Positions 45,832 through 58,998 are shown, numbered from the stretch's first letter. The stretch is DNA of 64,000 bases from an uncultured Oscillospiraceae bacterium (GCA_964522425.1 CAZFUT010000003.1:452-64451); one strand, 5' to 3'. Numbers and translations are program-made. Notes: generated by a model from the sequence alone, not told the origin.

Positions 45832-46538
45832 AAGCCATATTCAAGCGCGAATGCGCCGGTTTTTTTCATACAGGCCTTGGCTTTTTGTTTCTGTTTATGT
45901 TTTCAGGCTTATCCGGGGTAATCTTCTATCTGAACAACCTTTTGCCCCGTTCTTCCGATATGGGGGGATTTTTCGCGCTGGTCAGCTACCAATGGATCCT
46001 GCTTTCCCCCATTTTAGTGATGCGCCTTCTGCCCTCCGACAAAAAAAACAGCACGCAGCCGCTTTTGATGACCGCGCCCGTGCCCATCGGCGCCATCGTA
46101 TTGGCCAAGTACCTGTCCGCCCTTGTGATGCTGTCCCTGTCCCTGCTGTTAAGCTTTGTGTTCCCGCTGGTGATCGTTTTTTTCGGGCGCGCCTATCTGC
46201 CGGAAATCATCATCGGCTTTACAGGCCTTTTTTTGTATGGCGCCGCGTATCTTGCGGTTGACATGCTGGCATCGGTATTTGCCAAAAAGGCGGCCAGCGC
46301 GTTTGTGCTGGCGCTGGGCGTCAACCTGCTGCTCAGGCTTTCCGGCTTGATTGCATCCGCTGTAAAAATACGGTTTTTCCCGGCGCTGCTGTCCTTCTTC
46401 GACCTTGAAAAGCGGTACACGCCCTTTGTCTATGGCCAAATGAGCTTTGCATCCATGCTCTATTATGTGCTGGTCACGCTGGCCTGTCTGGTCTGCGCCG
46501 TACAGGCAATGAACATCAAACGATGGAGCCGCGCATGA
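45828..46538 (+). CDS. ABC-2 family transporter permease
   Basis: 236 aa with six predicted TM helices. ATGA overlap with the ATPase gene. Confidence 0.75.
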   Translation: MKAIFKRECAGFFHTGLGFLFLFMFSGLSGVIFYLNNLLPRSSDMGGFFALVSYQWILLSPILVMRLLPSDKKNSTQPLLMTAPVPIGAIVLAKYLSALVMLSLSLLLSFVFPLVIVFFGRAYLPEIIIGFTGLFLYGAAYLAVDMLASVFAKKAASAFVLALGVNLLLRLSGLIASAVKIRFFPALLSFFDLEKRYTPFVYGQMSFASMLYYVLVTLACLVCAVQAMNIKRWSRA

Positions 46539-47971
46539 AAACCATCACCAAGAAAAAGCGGCAGATCATCAAATCCCTGCTGACGATGGCACTCGTTTTT
46601 GCGATCAGCGTACTGCTGATCAGCGCGGGCGACCGCATTGAGCATAAATATGCCCTGCAGAAGGACCTTTCGTTCAACCGTATCACCAGCTACGGCTCGG
46701 TAACAAAAGAGGTGCTCTCCTCTTTGCGCACGCCCGTGCATATCTATGCCCTGTTTACGCCCGGCGAAGAAGACCGCCAGCTGCTCGGGCTTTTGGAAAG
46801 GTACCAGGCCGCCAGCAGCAATCTTACCTTTTCTGTCGATACGCTGGCAAAAAATCCGATGCTCGCCCACATCATATCCGATTCGGCGGATGACAGCGCC
46901 GTCACGACAGACTGTCTGATCATTCACTGCAAGGAAAAGAACCGCACCCGCATCCTGACCGCAAAGGATTATGTAAGCCAAAGCTACGATGTTCAAAGCG
47001 GCAGCTTTGTCTTGTCCGGCGCGACGTATGAAAGCAGCGTCACGCAGGCGATTGCCTATGTAAGCAGCGACCGCCTGCCCACGCTGCACATACTGAGCGG
47101 GCACGGCGAACTGTCGCAGGAAGAAACCAAGGCGCTACGCGCCTTTCTGACCGGGCGCGGATACGCTTTGCAGGACATAGACCTTTCGCGAAGCGACAGC
47201 CCGCCGGACGCAGGCCTGCTGATGATCCTTTCGCCCCGCAAAGATATCTCGGATGCGGAATTAAAAAAGCTGATGGAGTACGCGGGGCGCGGCGGCAGCT
47301 TTTTTATCACCACCGATTACAGCGATCCCCATGATCTGAACAACTTTAACCTCCTGCTTCGCGCGTATGGCGTCGCCATTCAGCCCGGCGTTGTCGTGGC
47401 CGAAGAAAGCGACAAAGCTTCCTATTACGATTCGCCGCTTTACCTAATGCCTTATATGCAGGACAGCGAAATCACCACCCCGCTGATGGCCGCCCAGCAG
47501 GATCGGCTGATGCTGGCCGGCGCGCGGCCGCTGAGCCTCCTGCCCGTCCCGGACGGAAACATCCACGCGGTCAGCGTTCTTGCCAGCGGAAAGGCCACCA
47601 TCCGCGCATTTGATGGGGAAACACTGGGCGAAAAGCCGCAGGACGTTTCCCCCCGTTCATACGACCTTGCCGTATACGCAGACCGTGCCGATGAAAAAGG
47701 CACCCACTCCAAAGCCTTTATCTGCGGCAATACCTCCGCTTTTACGGCGGAGTGGTTGTTCGCCAACACATACAGCACAGAGTTTCTAACGCAGATCATT
47801 CAGACGATCTATCTCGGCCACCCGACAGATCTGGCCATCCAGCCGAAGGCCGCGTTCCGGCCATCGCTCGGGTTCGGCTCCATTGCGCTCCCCCTCGGCA
47901 TCGTCGCGCTTGTCCCCATAAGCATTTTCGTTTGCGCATGGATCGTTCTTGCCAAAAGGAGACGGCTGTAA
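46535..47971 (+). CDS. GldG-like ABC-transport auxiliary protein (ABC_transp_aux)
   Basis: 478 aa with N- and C-terminal TM anchors flanking a large extracytoplasmic domain. Third gene of the standard ABC-2/GldG/DUF4340 cassette. Confidence 0.6.
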   Translation: MKTITKKKRQIIKSLLTMALVFAISVLLISAGDRIEHKYALQKDLSFNRITSYGSVTKEVLSSLRTPVHIYALFTPGEEDRQLLGLLERYQAASSNLTFSVDTLAKNPMLAHIISDSADDSAVTTDCLIIHCKEKNRTRILTAKDYVSQSYDVQSGSFVLSGATYESSVTQAIAYVSSDRLPTLHILSGHGELSQEETKALRAFLTGRGYALQDIDLSRSDSPPDAGLLMILSPRKDISDAELKKLMEYAGRGGSFFITTDYSDPHDLNNFNLLLRAYGVAIQPGVVVAEESDKASYYDSPLYLMPYMQDSEITTPLMAAQQDRLMLAGARPLSLLPVPDGNIHAVSVLASGKATIRAFDGETLGEKPQDVSPRSYDLAVYADRADEKGTHSKAFICGNTSAFTAEWLFANTYSTEFLTQIIQTIYLGHPTDLAIQPKAAFRPSLGFGSIALPLGIVALVPISIFVCAWIVLAKRRRL

Positions 47972-51748
<3,777 letters not shown>

Positions 51749-51760
51749 ATTCCTGTTCCT

Positions 51761-52444
51761 TTATTGCCCCGTCTCGTCCTGCGCCCACCGCACAAGATAC
51801 GAAAGGAAGGGGATCACGTTTTCATCGTTGCCGTTTGTTACCGTTACGGCCATATACATGCCGTCCACATGCATGCCAAGCTCTTTTTCAAACCGCTTCA
51901 GGCTTTTGGCCGGTATGCCGTACAGGTGGCGCTCGGCGGTATAGACGATTTTTCCGTCCACCTCGTCGCTTTGCTGGCTCGCGACCCATCCCGGCTGCAA
52001 GTCGAGCCCGTCGGCAACGATTTCCCCGCGCTCCACCATCGCTTCCAGCGGCAGAAAAGCCCCCTGCGCCGCAAACTTTTTAAAGTCGGCAGCGGACAAC
52101 ATGTACAAGTCGCCTTCATGCGCGGCAAGGTATGTGACCAGCTGCATATCCGACATATAGTTGCCGCCGCCGCTTGGCATCAGCGTCACTGCGCGCACCA
52201 GTTCCATATCCGGTACGGCCGCCTGCCAGACAGGTGACAGAAACGCATCGATGTCCTGCGCCGTCGTTTCAGCCGTCTGCACATATACATCGATCCGTTT
52301 ATGTTCAGGCGGGCGGTATTCTGTCTGTATGTAGACCATGTTCCATACGAATACAGACAGAACCGCCGCCAGCAGGTATTTCCAAAAGCTGTAAGCGAAA
52401 TGATCGCGCACGCGCTTTCCGGTCAGCGGAGTAGAAAGTTTCAT
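51761..52444 (-). CDS. hypothetical membrane-anchored extracytoplasmic protein
   Basis: 227 aa from the ATG 2 nt after the lysS stop. One TM helix (FWKYLLAAVLSVFVWNMVY). No family recognised. Confidence 0.5.
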   Translation of the reverse strand: MKLSTPLTGKRVRDHFAYSFWKYLLAAVLSVFVWNMVYIQTEYRPPEHKRIDVYVQTAETTAQDIDAFLSPVWQAAVPDMELVRAVTLMPSGGGNYMSDMQLVTYLAAHEGDLYMLSAADFKKFAAQGAFLPLEAMVERGEIVADGLDLQPGWVASQQSDEVDGKIVYTAERHLYGIPAKSLKRFEKELGMHVDGMYMAVTVTNGNDENVIPFLSYLVRWAQDETGQ

Positions 52445-52446
52445 GG

Positions 52447-53934
52447 TCAATCCACAGGTTTCATGGTCGGGAACAGCAGCACATCACGGATGGAAGCGCT
52501 GTCCGTCAGCAGCATGATCATGCGGTCGACGCCGATGCCCATACCGCCGGTGGGCGGCATGCCGTATTCCAGTGCGTTGACGAAATCCTCGTCCACCTTG
52601 GCGTTCTTTCCGCCCAGGGCGCGGCGCTCTTCCACCTGCTTGACAAACCGGTCGCGCTGGTCGATGGGGTCATTCAATTCCGAGAAGGCGTTGCCGCCCT
52701 CATGGCCGGTGATGAAGAATTCAAACCGCTCCGTCATGCGGGGATCGTCCGCCTTGCGCTTGGCGAGCGGCGAAATTTCCACCGGGTAATCGATGACGAA
52801 GGTGGGCTGCTGCAGAGAGTCTTCCACGTATTCGTCAAACAGCGCCGCCAGGCAGTGCCCGCGCGTTGCGCCCCGATCGTAGTGGATCTTTCTTTCGTCC
52901 AGGCAGGCGCGGGCTTCTTCATCCGACTGCCAGGCATAAAAATCGATGCCGCTGGCCTTCTTGACCGCGTCCGCCATGCTGACGCGCGGCCACGGGGCCT
53001 TCAGGCTGATCGGTTGCCCCTGATAGCTGATCTCCGTCGTGCCCAGCACTTCAAGCGCAACGTATTCGTACATTTCTTCCACGATGCGCATCATTTCATT
53101 GTAGTCCACATAGGACTGATACAGCTCGATGGACGTAAACTCCGGGTTATGGAAGCGATCCATGCCCTCGTTGCGGAAGATGCGGCCGATCTCATACACC
53201 TTTTCGATGCCGCCCACGATCAGGCGCTTTAGATACAGCTCCGTCTCCACGCGCAGGTACATATCGATGTCCAGCGTATTATGGTGCGTTATGAAGGGGC
53301 GCGCAGCCGCGCCGATCTCCAGCGTATGCAGAATGGGCGTATCCACTTCCAGAAAGCCGCGCTTATCCAAAAAGGCACGGATCGCACCGATGATGCGGCT
53401 GCGTTTTTCAAAAACGGCTTTGATTTCGGGATTGACGATCATATCCAGATACCGCTGGCGGTAGCGCATATCCGCATCCTGAAGGCCGTGGAATTTTTCC
53501 GGCAGGGGCTTTAGGCACTTGGTCAAAAGCACCACATCCTCGGCATGGACGGATACTTCGCCCGTCTTTGTCTTGAACACCCTACCGCGCACGCCCAGCA
53601 CATCGCCCAGGTCAAACAGCTTAAAAGCGGCATACTCTTCATCGCCCACATCGTCGCGCCTAACGTAGATCTGGACGCTGCCCTTTGCATCCAAAAGGTG
53701 CGCAAAGGAAGCCTTGCCCATGACGCGGCGGGATGTCATACGCCCGGCGATTGCCACGGCCTGACCTTCCAGCGCGTCAAAGCGAGTTACCACTTCGTCG
53801 CTGTTGTGGGTCTTTTCATACTTTGTGATCAAATAGGGGCTTTTCCCCTGCGCCGCCAGATCGTTCAGTTTTCCCCGGCGAATCTGCTCCTGCTCGCTAA
53901 AAGATAGCTCCTGCTGTGCTTGGTGTTCCTGCAT
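52447..53934 (-). CDS. lysS: lysine-tRNA ligase (class II)
   Basis: 495 aa. OB anticodon domain (GR..S.R.MGKASF..L.D..G.IQ.Y), class II motifs FLEV.TP, FRNEG.D..HNPEFT, GGMGIG.DR. Confidence 0.95.
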   Translation of the reverse strand: MQEHQAQQELSFSEQEQIRRGKLNDLAAQGKSPYLITKYEKTHNSDEVVTRFDALEGQAVAIAGRMTSRRVMGKASFAHLLDAKGSVQIYVRRDDVGDEEYAAFKLFDLGDVLGVRGRVFKTKTGEVSVHAEDVVLLTKCLKPLPEKFHGLQDADMRYRQRYLDMIVNPEIKAVFEKRSRIIGAIRAFLDKRGFLEVDTPILHTLEIGAAARPFITHHNTLDIDMYLRVETELYLKRLIVGGIEKVYEIGRIFRNEGMDRFHNPEFTSIELYQSYVDYNEMMRIVEEMYEYVALEVLGTTEISYQGQPISLKAPWPRVSMADAVKKASGIDFYAWQSDEEARACLDERKIHYDRGATRGHCLAALFDEYVEDSLQQPTFVIDYPVEISPLAKRKADDPRMTERFEFFITGHEGGNAFSELNDPIDQRDRFVKQVEERRALGGKNAKVDEDFVNALEYGMPPTGGMGIGVDRMIMLLTDSASIRDVLLFPTMKPVD

Positions 53935-53948
53935 AACTCTCTCCTTGG

Positions 53949-54443
53949 TTACTGTCTGCGTATTTTGAGGATCTTGAGCCTGATTTCTCCGCCCGGCGTC
54001 TGCGCCAGCACAACGTCATTTTTCTTATGGCCCAGCAGCGCGGCGCCGATGGGCGACTCGTTGGAGATTTTGTTGTTCATCGGGTCGCTTTCCCGCGCGC
54101 CGACGATCGCATAATCCACTTCCTCGTCCATTTCTTCATCGAAAACGCGCACAACCGTGCCAACGTTCACGCGGTCGGTCTTGATATCACTGTCTTCGAT
54201 CACCAGGGCTGTGCGAATCGTGTTTTCCAGATCCAATATTTGCGCTTCCAGTTTGGACTGGTCGTTCTTGGCCTCGTCATATTCGGCATTCTCGCTCAGA
54301 TCGCCGAAGCCCCGGGCAATGGATATCTGTTCCGCCACTTCGGCGCGGCGCGTGTTTTTCAGGTAGTCAAGCTGTTCTTCCAGCTTCTTCATGCCTTCCG
54401 CCGAAATGACTGTCTGCTTGCCGTTTACTTGTTTTTCCGCCAT
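53949..54443 (-). CDS. greA: transcription elongation factor GreA
   Basis: 164 aa. GDLSENAEYDEAK acidic finger tip, and a C-terminal ISNESPIGAALLGHKKNDVV. Confidence 0.95.
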   Translation of the reverse strand: MAEKQVNGKQTVISAEGMKKLEEQLDYLKNTRRAEVAEQISIARGFGDLSENAEYDEAKNDQSKLEAQILDLENTIRTALVIEDSDIKTDRVNVGTVVRVFDEEMDEEVDYAIVGARESDPMNNKISNESPIGAALLGHKKNDVVLAQTPGGEIRLKILKIRRQ

Positions 54444-54572
54444 GGTATCACCTCATTAAAATTCATTCCCGGCAGGTTTTTCATGCCCAAATGCGTTAAA
54501 AAAATCACTCCATGCCGCTGCTGCCGCAAAACAGGCAGCAGTCGCCGCATGAAAGCCTTTTAAAGCGATATG

Positions 54573-54601
54573 ATTATACGTCAAATCAATATCCATTGCA
54601 A
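54573..54601 (-). promoter_or_regulatory. promoter of greA-lysS
   Basis: Minus strand: TTGCAA (54601-54596), 17 nt, TATAAT (54578-54573). Leaves a leader of about 120 nt. Confidence 0.5.
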
Positions 54602-54681
54602 GATAAAGGCAGCGGTTCGGGCACGGCTCGCGCATGACAAAAACCAAGCGAGGTCAATATTATATGCATTTGCCGGAAAGC

Positions 54682-56085
54682 TCAGATACGGATATCCTTC
54701 CATTTGCCGCGCCGTATGCGCACGGTCAGCAGCGCATCGCGTACAAAGGCGTCGCACACATAAGCCCACCATGGGCCGGTTTCCATCAGGCGCAAAGCAG
54801 GCAGGGTGTGATGGAGAGGGAAACAGAATACCCACGTCAGCAGCGGGCGCAGCACCGCAACGCCGATAAACGAGCAGGCGGCCACATACTTTACATCGCC
54901 CGCGCCGCGCAGACACCCCGCATAGATCACGCGCCCGTTGTGCGGGATGATGCCCAGCACCACCACCATAAAGGAGATGCGGGCGGCCGCGATCACCGCC
55001 GGGTGATCGGTAAACAGATGCGGCAGCGTGCCGCTGAATACGGCCAGCAATGCCATCAGCACACCGGAAGCGGCATAGCCCACCTTGCGCGCGGCGCACA
55101 CATAGCGTTCGGCCTCATCCTTCCTTTTTGCGCCCAGGCTCTGCCCAACCAGGGCGACGCCCGCCGCCGCAATGCCGTCGCCCACGGTAAAGGACAGCGT
55201 GGTCACCTGGCTTACGATCTGGTAGGAAGCAAAGGCATTGGTGCCGATGCCTGCCACGATTTTCTGCAATATCCAGAACCCGGCGCGCAGAAACACCGAT
55301 TCAGACATGGACGCCGCGCCGATCCTGATAAGTCCCTGCATGGTCACCCGGTCAAAACGCGGTATTTTCAGCGGTTTATACTCAAAATAGCGCTTAGGCT
55401 TCAGCGCAAAAATCAGCGCCACCGCGCTGGCCGCCACCGTACCGACGGCCGTTGCCAGCGCAGCGCCCGCAACGCCCATACGTGGGAAGCCGAAATTGCC
55501 GCCGATCAGCAGGTAGTTTAGGCACACATTGATCAAATTGGACAACATATGGGTGGTGAACGTCAGCTTTGTCTGCCCGATCGCCCGAAAAGCGGCGCAG
55601 ATGCACAGCTGCCAGCAGTTTGGAAGGAAGCTCGCCGCGATGACGGCAAAATACGTAGCCGACATATCCAGCGTTTCTTCGTTGGCGCCTGACAGCGCCA
55701 TCAGGGGCCGCGCGTACACAACGCCCAGCAGCGTGATCAGGAGACCGACCAAAGTGATCAGCGCCATCGACTGGCTGAGACAGCGTCGCGCCCCTTCATC
55801 ATCCCCCGCGCCCTTACGGCGCGCAATGATGGCCGTTGTGCCCACACACAGCGCCTGCGCCATCACCAGCAGGATCATGCGTGGCTGAGCGGTCAGCCCT
55901 ACGGCGGTAATGGCCGCCGGGCCCAAGGTGCCCACCATCATGGTATCCACCGCACTGATCACGCTCATCAGCGCCCCTTCGGCCGCCGCAGGCAGGGCGA
56001 TGCGGACGGTGTTGCGATAGAAGGTTTTCTGTTCTTCCGTCCCCGCGCCGGGGATACGCAGCAGACGGTTTATCAGCTTCCTCAT
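54682..56085 (-). CDS. MATE family efflux transporter
   Basis: 467 aa, 12 TM helices in a two-fold internal repeat. IALPAAAEGALMSVISAVDTMMVG-type N-terminus. Confidence 0.85.
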   Translation of the reverse strand: MRKLINRLLRIPGAGTEEQKTFYRNTVRIALPAAAEGALMSVISAVDTMMVGTLGPAAITAVGLTAQPRMILLVMAQALCVGTTAIIARRKGAGDDEGARRCLSQSMALITLVGLLITLLGVVYARPLMALSGANEETLDMSATYFAVIAASFLPNCWQLCICAAFRAIGQTKLTFTTHMLSNLINVCLNYLLIGGNFGFPRMGVAGAALATAVGTVAASAVALIFALKPKRYFEYKPLKIPRFDRVTMQGLIRIGAASMSESVFLRAGFWILQKIVAGIGTNAFASYQIVSQVTTLSFTVGDGIAAAGVALVGQSLGAKRKDEAERYVCAARKVGYAASGVLMALLAVFSGTLPHLFTDHPAVIAAARISFMVVVLGIIPHNGRVIYAGCLRGAGDVKYVAACSFIGVAVLRPLLTWVFCFPLHHTLPALRLMETGPWWAYVCDAFVRDALLTVRIRRGKWKDIRI

Positions 56086-57770
56086 CGCCTGTTTTTCTCC
56101 TTTTCCAGCATCGCTTCAATGCTGCCCATCGGTCTTTCATGCGCCTTGGACAGCGCAAGGGCGCTCATGCCCTGCGCAAGCCCCGCCCGAAAGCGCAATA
56201 GCTCTGCATCCGTCCACGGGCGGCCCGCGTTGTACACGTCCCGCGCCAGCCTGGACGCATCGTTGGCCGTCGTAAACTCGCCCGCAACGCGCGCATCTTC
56301 CGCCCGGCGCAAGAGGGTCAGGAAGAGGCTGCCGTACCGGCGGCACTTCTCCTGCCCTACGCCGGAAACCTGCAAAAACGTTTTCTCGTCATGCGGCTGC
56401 TTGTCCGCCATGTCGCGCAGCGTCGCGTCGGTAAAAATCACATAGGCGGGCACCTTCTGCTCCATGGCGATCTGGTTGCGCATAAGGCGCAGGGCGGTAA
56501 ACAGCGTCTCCTCGGCCTTGGGCGTCTCCCTTGGCGCCGGGGCCGGCGCTCTTGTGCCAAGGCAGGAGGAGCAGTTGCCGCAGCCGGCCTCGGCCCGTTC
56601 GCCGAAATAGTGCAGGATGAAAGCGCGGAGACACCTGGACGTCGTGGAATAAAAGGTCATCTGCTTCAGCCGCTCCCGGTCGCGCGCGGCCAGCTTTTCT
56701 TTCTCCTCTTCGCTCAGCCCCTGCTGGTCCTTCGCGTGGCCTAACAAATACCGGGCCATCGCCACATCCTGCTTGGCGTACAAGAGGATGCAGTCGGCCT
56801 TTTCGCCGTCGCGGCCCGCGCGGCCCGCCTCCTGATAATAGCTTTCAAGGTCTTTGGGCATATTATAGTGAATGACAAAGCTTACGTTGCTCTTGTCGAT
56901 CCCCATGCCGAAGGCATTGGTGGCCACCATGATGCGCGCGCGGTCGAATTGAAAATCATCCTGCGCAGTCAGGCGCTCCATGTCGCTCATGCCCGCGTGA
57001 TAACGCGCGGCGGCGTAGCCGTTCAGGCGCAGCAGGTCGCACACGCTGTCCACATTTTTCCGGGTGGAGCAGTAGATGATGCCGCTCTTGCCCATCCGCT
57101 CGGACAACAGGCGCAGAAGCTCGCCCTGCTTGTCCCGGGGGCTGCGCACCTCTAAATACAGATTGGGCCTGTCAAACCCCTGCGTCAGCAGAAAAGGGTC
57201 TTTGAGTTCCAGCAGCCGCAGGATGTCGTCCTTTACCTTGGGCGTCGCCGTGGCCGTAAAGGCGCACAGCACGGGCCGGACGGGCAGGGCGCGTACAAAG
57301 GTCGGGATGCTCAGATAGCTGGGCCTGAAGTCCTGCCCCCATTGGGATACGCAGTGCGCCTCGTCGACCGCGATGAGGCTGATATCGGCATGCAGCGCGA
57401 AGTCCAGAAACAGCGGCGTTTCGAGCCGTTCCGGCGCAACGTATATGATCTTGTACCAATGGTCGCCCGCGCGGCGCAGCGCTTCACGCGTCTGTCCCGC
57501 CGTTAAGGAGCTGTTGATGTAGGCCGCCTTGACGCCCGACTGGTTGAGCGCTCCCACCTGATCCTTCATCAGGGAGATGAGCGGCGATATCACCAGCGTG
57601 ATGCCGGGCAGCAGCACGCCGGGCAGCTGATAGCAGACCGACTTGCCGCCGCCCGTAGGCAGGATGCCCAGACAATCCCGCCCGGACAGCAGCATATCAA
57701 TCAGCGCCTCCTGCCCGGGGCGGAAGGCGCTGTGACCGAAATACCGTTTCAGAGCAGATAGTTTATCCAA
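56082..57770 (-). CDS. recQ: ATP-dependent DNA helicase RecQ
   Basis: FGHSAFRPGQ, LPTGGGKS, VDEAHCVSQWGQDFRPSY, ATNAFGMGIDK, QE.GRAGRDG, Zn motif CGNCSSC, HRDC-like segment. 562 aa. Confidence 0.9.
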   Translation of the reverse strand: MDKLSALKRYFGHSAFRPGQEALIDMLLSGRDCLGILPTGGGKSVCYQLPGVLLPGITLVISPLISLMKDQVGALNQSGVKAAYINSSLTAGQTREALRRAGDHWYKIIYVAPERLETPLFLDFALHADISLIAVDEAHCVSQWGQDFRPSYLSIPTFVRALPVRPVLCAFTATATPKVKDDILRLLELKDPFLLTQGFDRPNLYLEVRSPRDKQGELLRLLSERMGKSGIIYCSTRKNVDSVCDLLRLNGYAAARYHAGMSDMERLTAQDDFQFDRARIMVATNAFGMGIDKSNVSFVIHYNMPKDLESYYQEAGRAGRDGEKADCILLYAKQDVAMARYLLGHAKDQQGLSEEEKEKLAARDRERLKQMTFYSTTSRCLRAFILHYFGERAEAGCGNCSSCLGTRAPAPAPRETPKAEETLFTALRLMRNQIAMEQKVPAYVIFTDATLRDMADKQPHDEKTFLQVSGVGQEKCRRYGSLFLTLLRRAEDARVAGEFTTANDASRLARDVYNAGRPWTDAELLRFRAGLAQGMSALALSKAHERPMGSIEAMLEKEKNRR

Positions 57771-57780
57771 CGGAATACCC

Positions 57781-58491
57781 TTAATGAATCGCCCGAATCC
57801 TGTTAAGCGGCAAAATAACCCACTTGGCGTGTCCTACGATCATTTTTTCATGAATGGGGCCCACTTCCGGCGAGCGGCTGTCATGGCTGTTGGCGCGGTT
57901 GTCGCCCATCACAAAGTATTCGTCTTCCCTCATCACCCGGCGCTCCATGTCGTAGGTGGGCGGGAAATCAATGTAATCCTCCGTGACCGGCGCATCGTTG
58001 ACATAGAGCTGGCCGTTCAGGATGGCCACCGCGTCCCCCGGCAGCGCGATCAGGCGTTTCACAAAGGCGGTGCTGATGTCCATCGTCATCGTCGCGCCGA
58101 TACGCAGCGTTTTCTCCACGCGCCCGGGATAATGGCAGATCACCACATCGCCGCGGCGCAGGTCGCCGCGCAAAAGGGCGGGCTTGGTCACCAGCACCAC
58201 CTCGCCGTCCTGCAGGGTGTTCAGCATGCTCTTGCCATCCACGCGGATGGGTTCGGCCACCAGCCCGCGGAAAAGGCCCGCCAGCACCACCGCCAGCACC
58301 AGCAGCGCGATCCAATTAGCCACTTCGTCCCACACGGTGTGTTTCTTTTCCTCATCCTTTTTCTTTTTGGCGGCCTTCTTTGCCGCTTTTTTATCTTCAG
58401 CGGGCGCGCTGCCTTCTGTTTCTTTCGCCGCGTCCTCCGCGGTTTCCTTTACCGTTTCTTCATTCAGGTCATTCTTCCGTTCGTTGTCCAT
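57781..58491 (-). CDS. lepB: signal peptidase I
   Basis: GKSMLNTL (catalytic Ser box), VKRLIALPGD (Lys box), GDNRANSHDSR. Lys/Glu-rich cytoplasmic N-terminal extension. Confidence 0.85.
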   Translation of the reverse strand: MDNERKNDLNEETVKETAEDAAKETEGSAPAEDKKAAKKAAKKKKDEEKKHTVWDEVANWIALLVLAVVLAGLFRGLVAEPIRVDGKSMLNTLQDGEVVLVTKPALLRGDLRRGDVVICHYPGRVEKTLRIGATMTMDISTAFVKRLIALPGDAVAILNGQLYVNDAPVTEDYIDFPPTYDMERRVMREDEYFVMGDNRANSHDSRSPEVGPIHEKMIVGHAKWVILPLNRIRAIH

Positions 58492-58747
58492 CGTCCGCTT
58501 CTCCTTCGATCATATAGGGCGCATAGTTTTCAAGGCCCAGCGTTTTTTCGGGGCGCTCCGGCCCCTGTTCCAGCACCTTCTTGCGACGGCGCAGAAACTC
58601 AGCGCGGTCGAGCATCACCACGCGCCCGCATCCCAGACACCGGATCTTGATATCCGCGCCGATGCGCGTCACGATCCATTCAAACGAGCCGCAGGGATGC
58701 TTTTTCTTCATCTGCACGCGGTCGTTCAGCCTGATTTCCTCCGTCAC
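58469..58747 (-). CDS. DUF951 family protein
   Basis: 92 aa, GTG start after GGAGG. KKKHPCGSFEWIVTRIGADIKIRCLGCGRVVML is the family's 4-Cys motif. Overlaps lepB by 23 nt. Confidence 0.7.
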   Translation of the reverse strand: MTEEIRLNDRVQMKKKHPCGSFEWIVTRIGADIKIRCLGCGRVVMLDRAEFLRRRKKVLEQGPERPEKTLGLENYAPYMIEGEADDGQRTEE

Positions 58748-58770
58748 GCCACCGCCTCCAAAACGCGAAT

Positions 58771-58799
58771 ATTATATCCCTTTTGCCTGTTTTTGACAA
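58771..58799 (-). promoter_or_regulatory. promoter of the DUF951-lepB-recQ-MATE operon
   Basis: Minus strand: TTGTCA (58799-58794), 17 nt, TATAAT (58776-58771). Confidence 0.5.
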
Positions 58800-58804
58800 G
58801 TCGA

Positions 58805-58850
58805 TCGCAATTCTTCTTGTCCTACAATCGCAATTCTTCTTGTCCTACAA
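58805..58850. repeat. perfect tandem duplication of a 23-bp unit (candidate operator pair)
   Basis: TCGCAATTCTTCTTGTCCTACAA occurs at 58805-58827 and again at 58828-58850 with no mismatch. Each unit ends in the palindrome TTGT-CCT-ACAA. Confidence 0.9.
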
Positions 58851-58917
58851 ATTTTTTCGGCATATATAGAAAATTTATTGTAATTGGCCAAAATTCTATT
58901 GTTTTATACTTTTTTTG

Positions 58918-58946
58918 TTGACATTGTACGACAAGCGCCCTATACT
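58918..58946 (+). promoter_or_regulatory. promoter of the sugar ABC / nanA operon
   Basis: TTGACA (58918-58923), 17 nt, TATACT (58941-58946), about 50 nt before the GGAGG/ATG at 58999. Confidence 0.55.
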
Positions 58947-58998
58947 GAGATCATCACAGCAATCGCTATGATTGTAAAACAACAGGAGGTAGACACGT

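Noticed and set aside
53935-53948. A T-box or L-box leader for lysS.
   Set aside because: lysS starts 14 nt after greA and is evidently co-transcribed, so there is no room for a leader.
54456-54647. A 63-aa minus-strand ORF in the greA upstream region.
   Set aside because: It spans the predicted greA promoter and leader hairpin, it has no SD, and its sequence is Ala/Cys-rich with no recognisable features.
58805-58850. The tandem 23-bp repeat as a mini CRISPR array or a mobile-element end.
   Set aside because: The two copies are directly adjacent with no spacer. There are only two copies, there are no cas or transposase genes anywhere in the window, and I saw no matching inverted copy.
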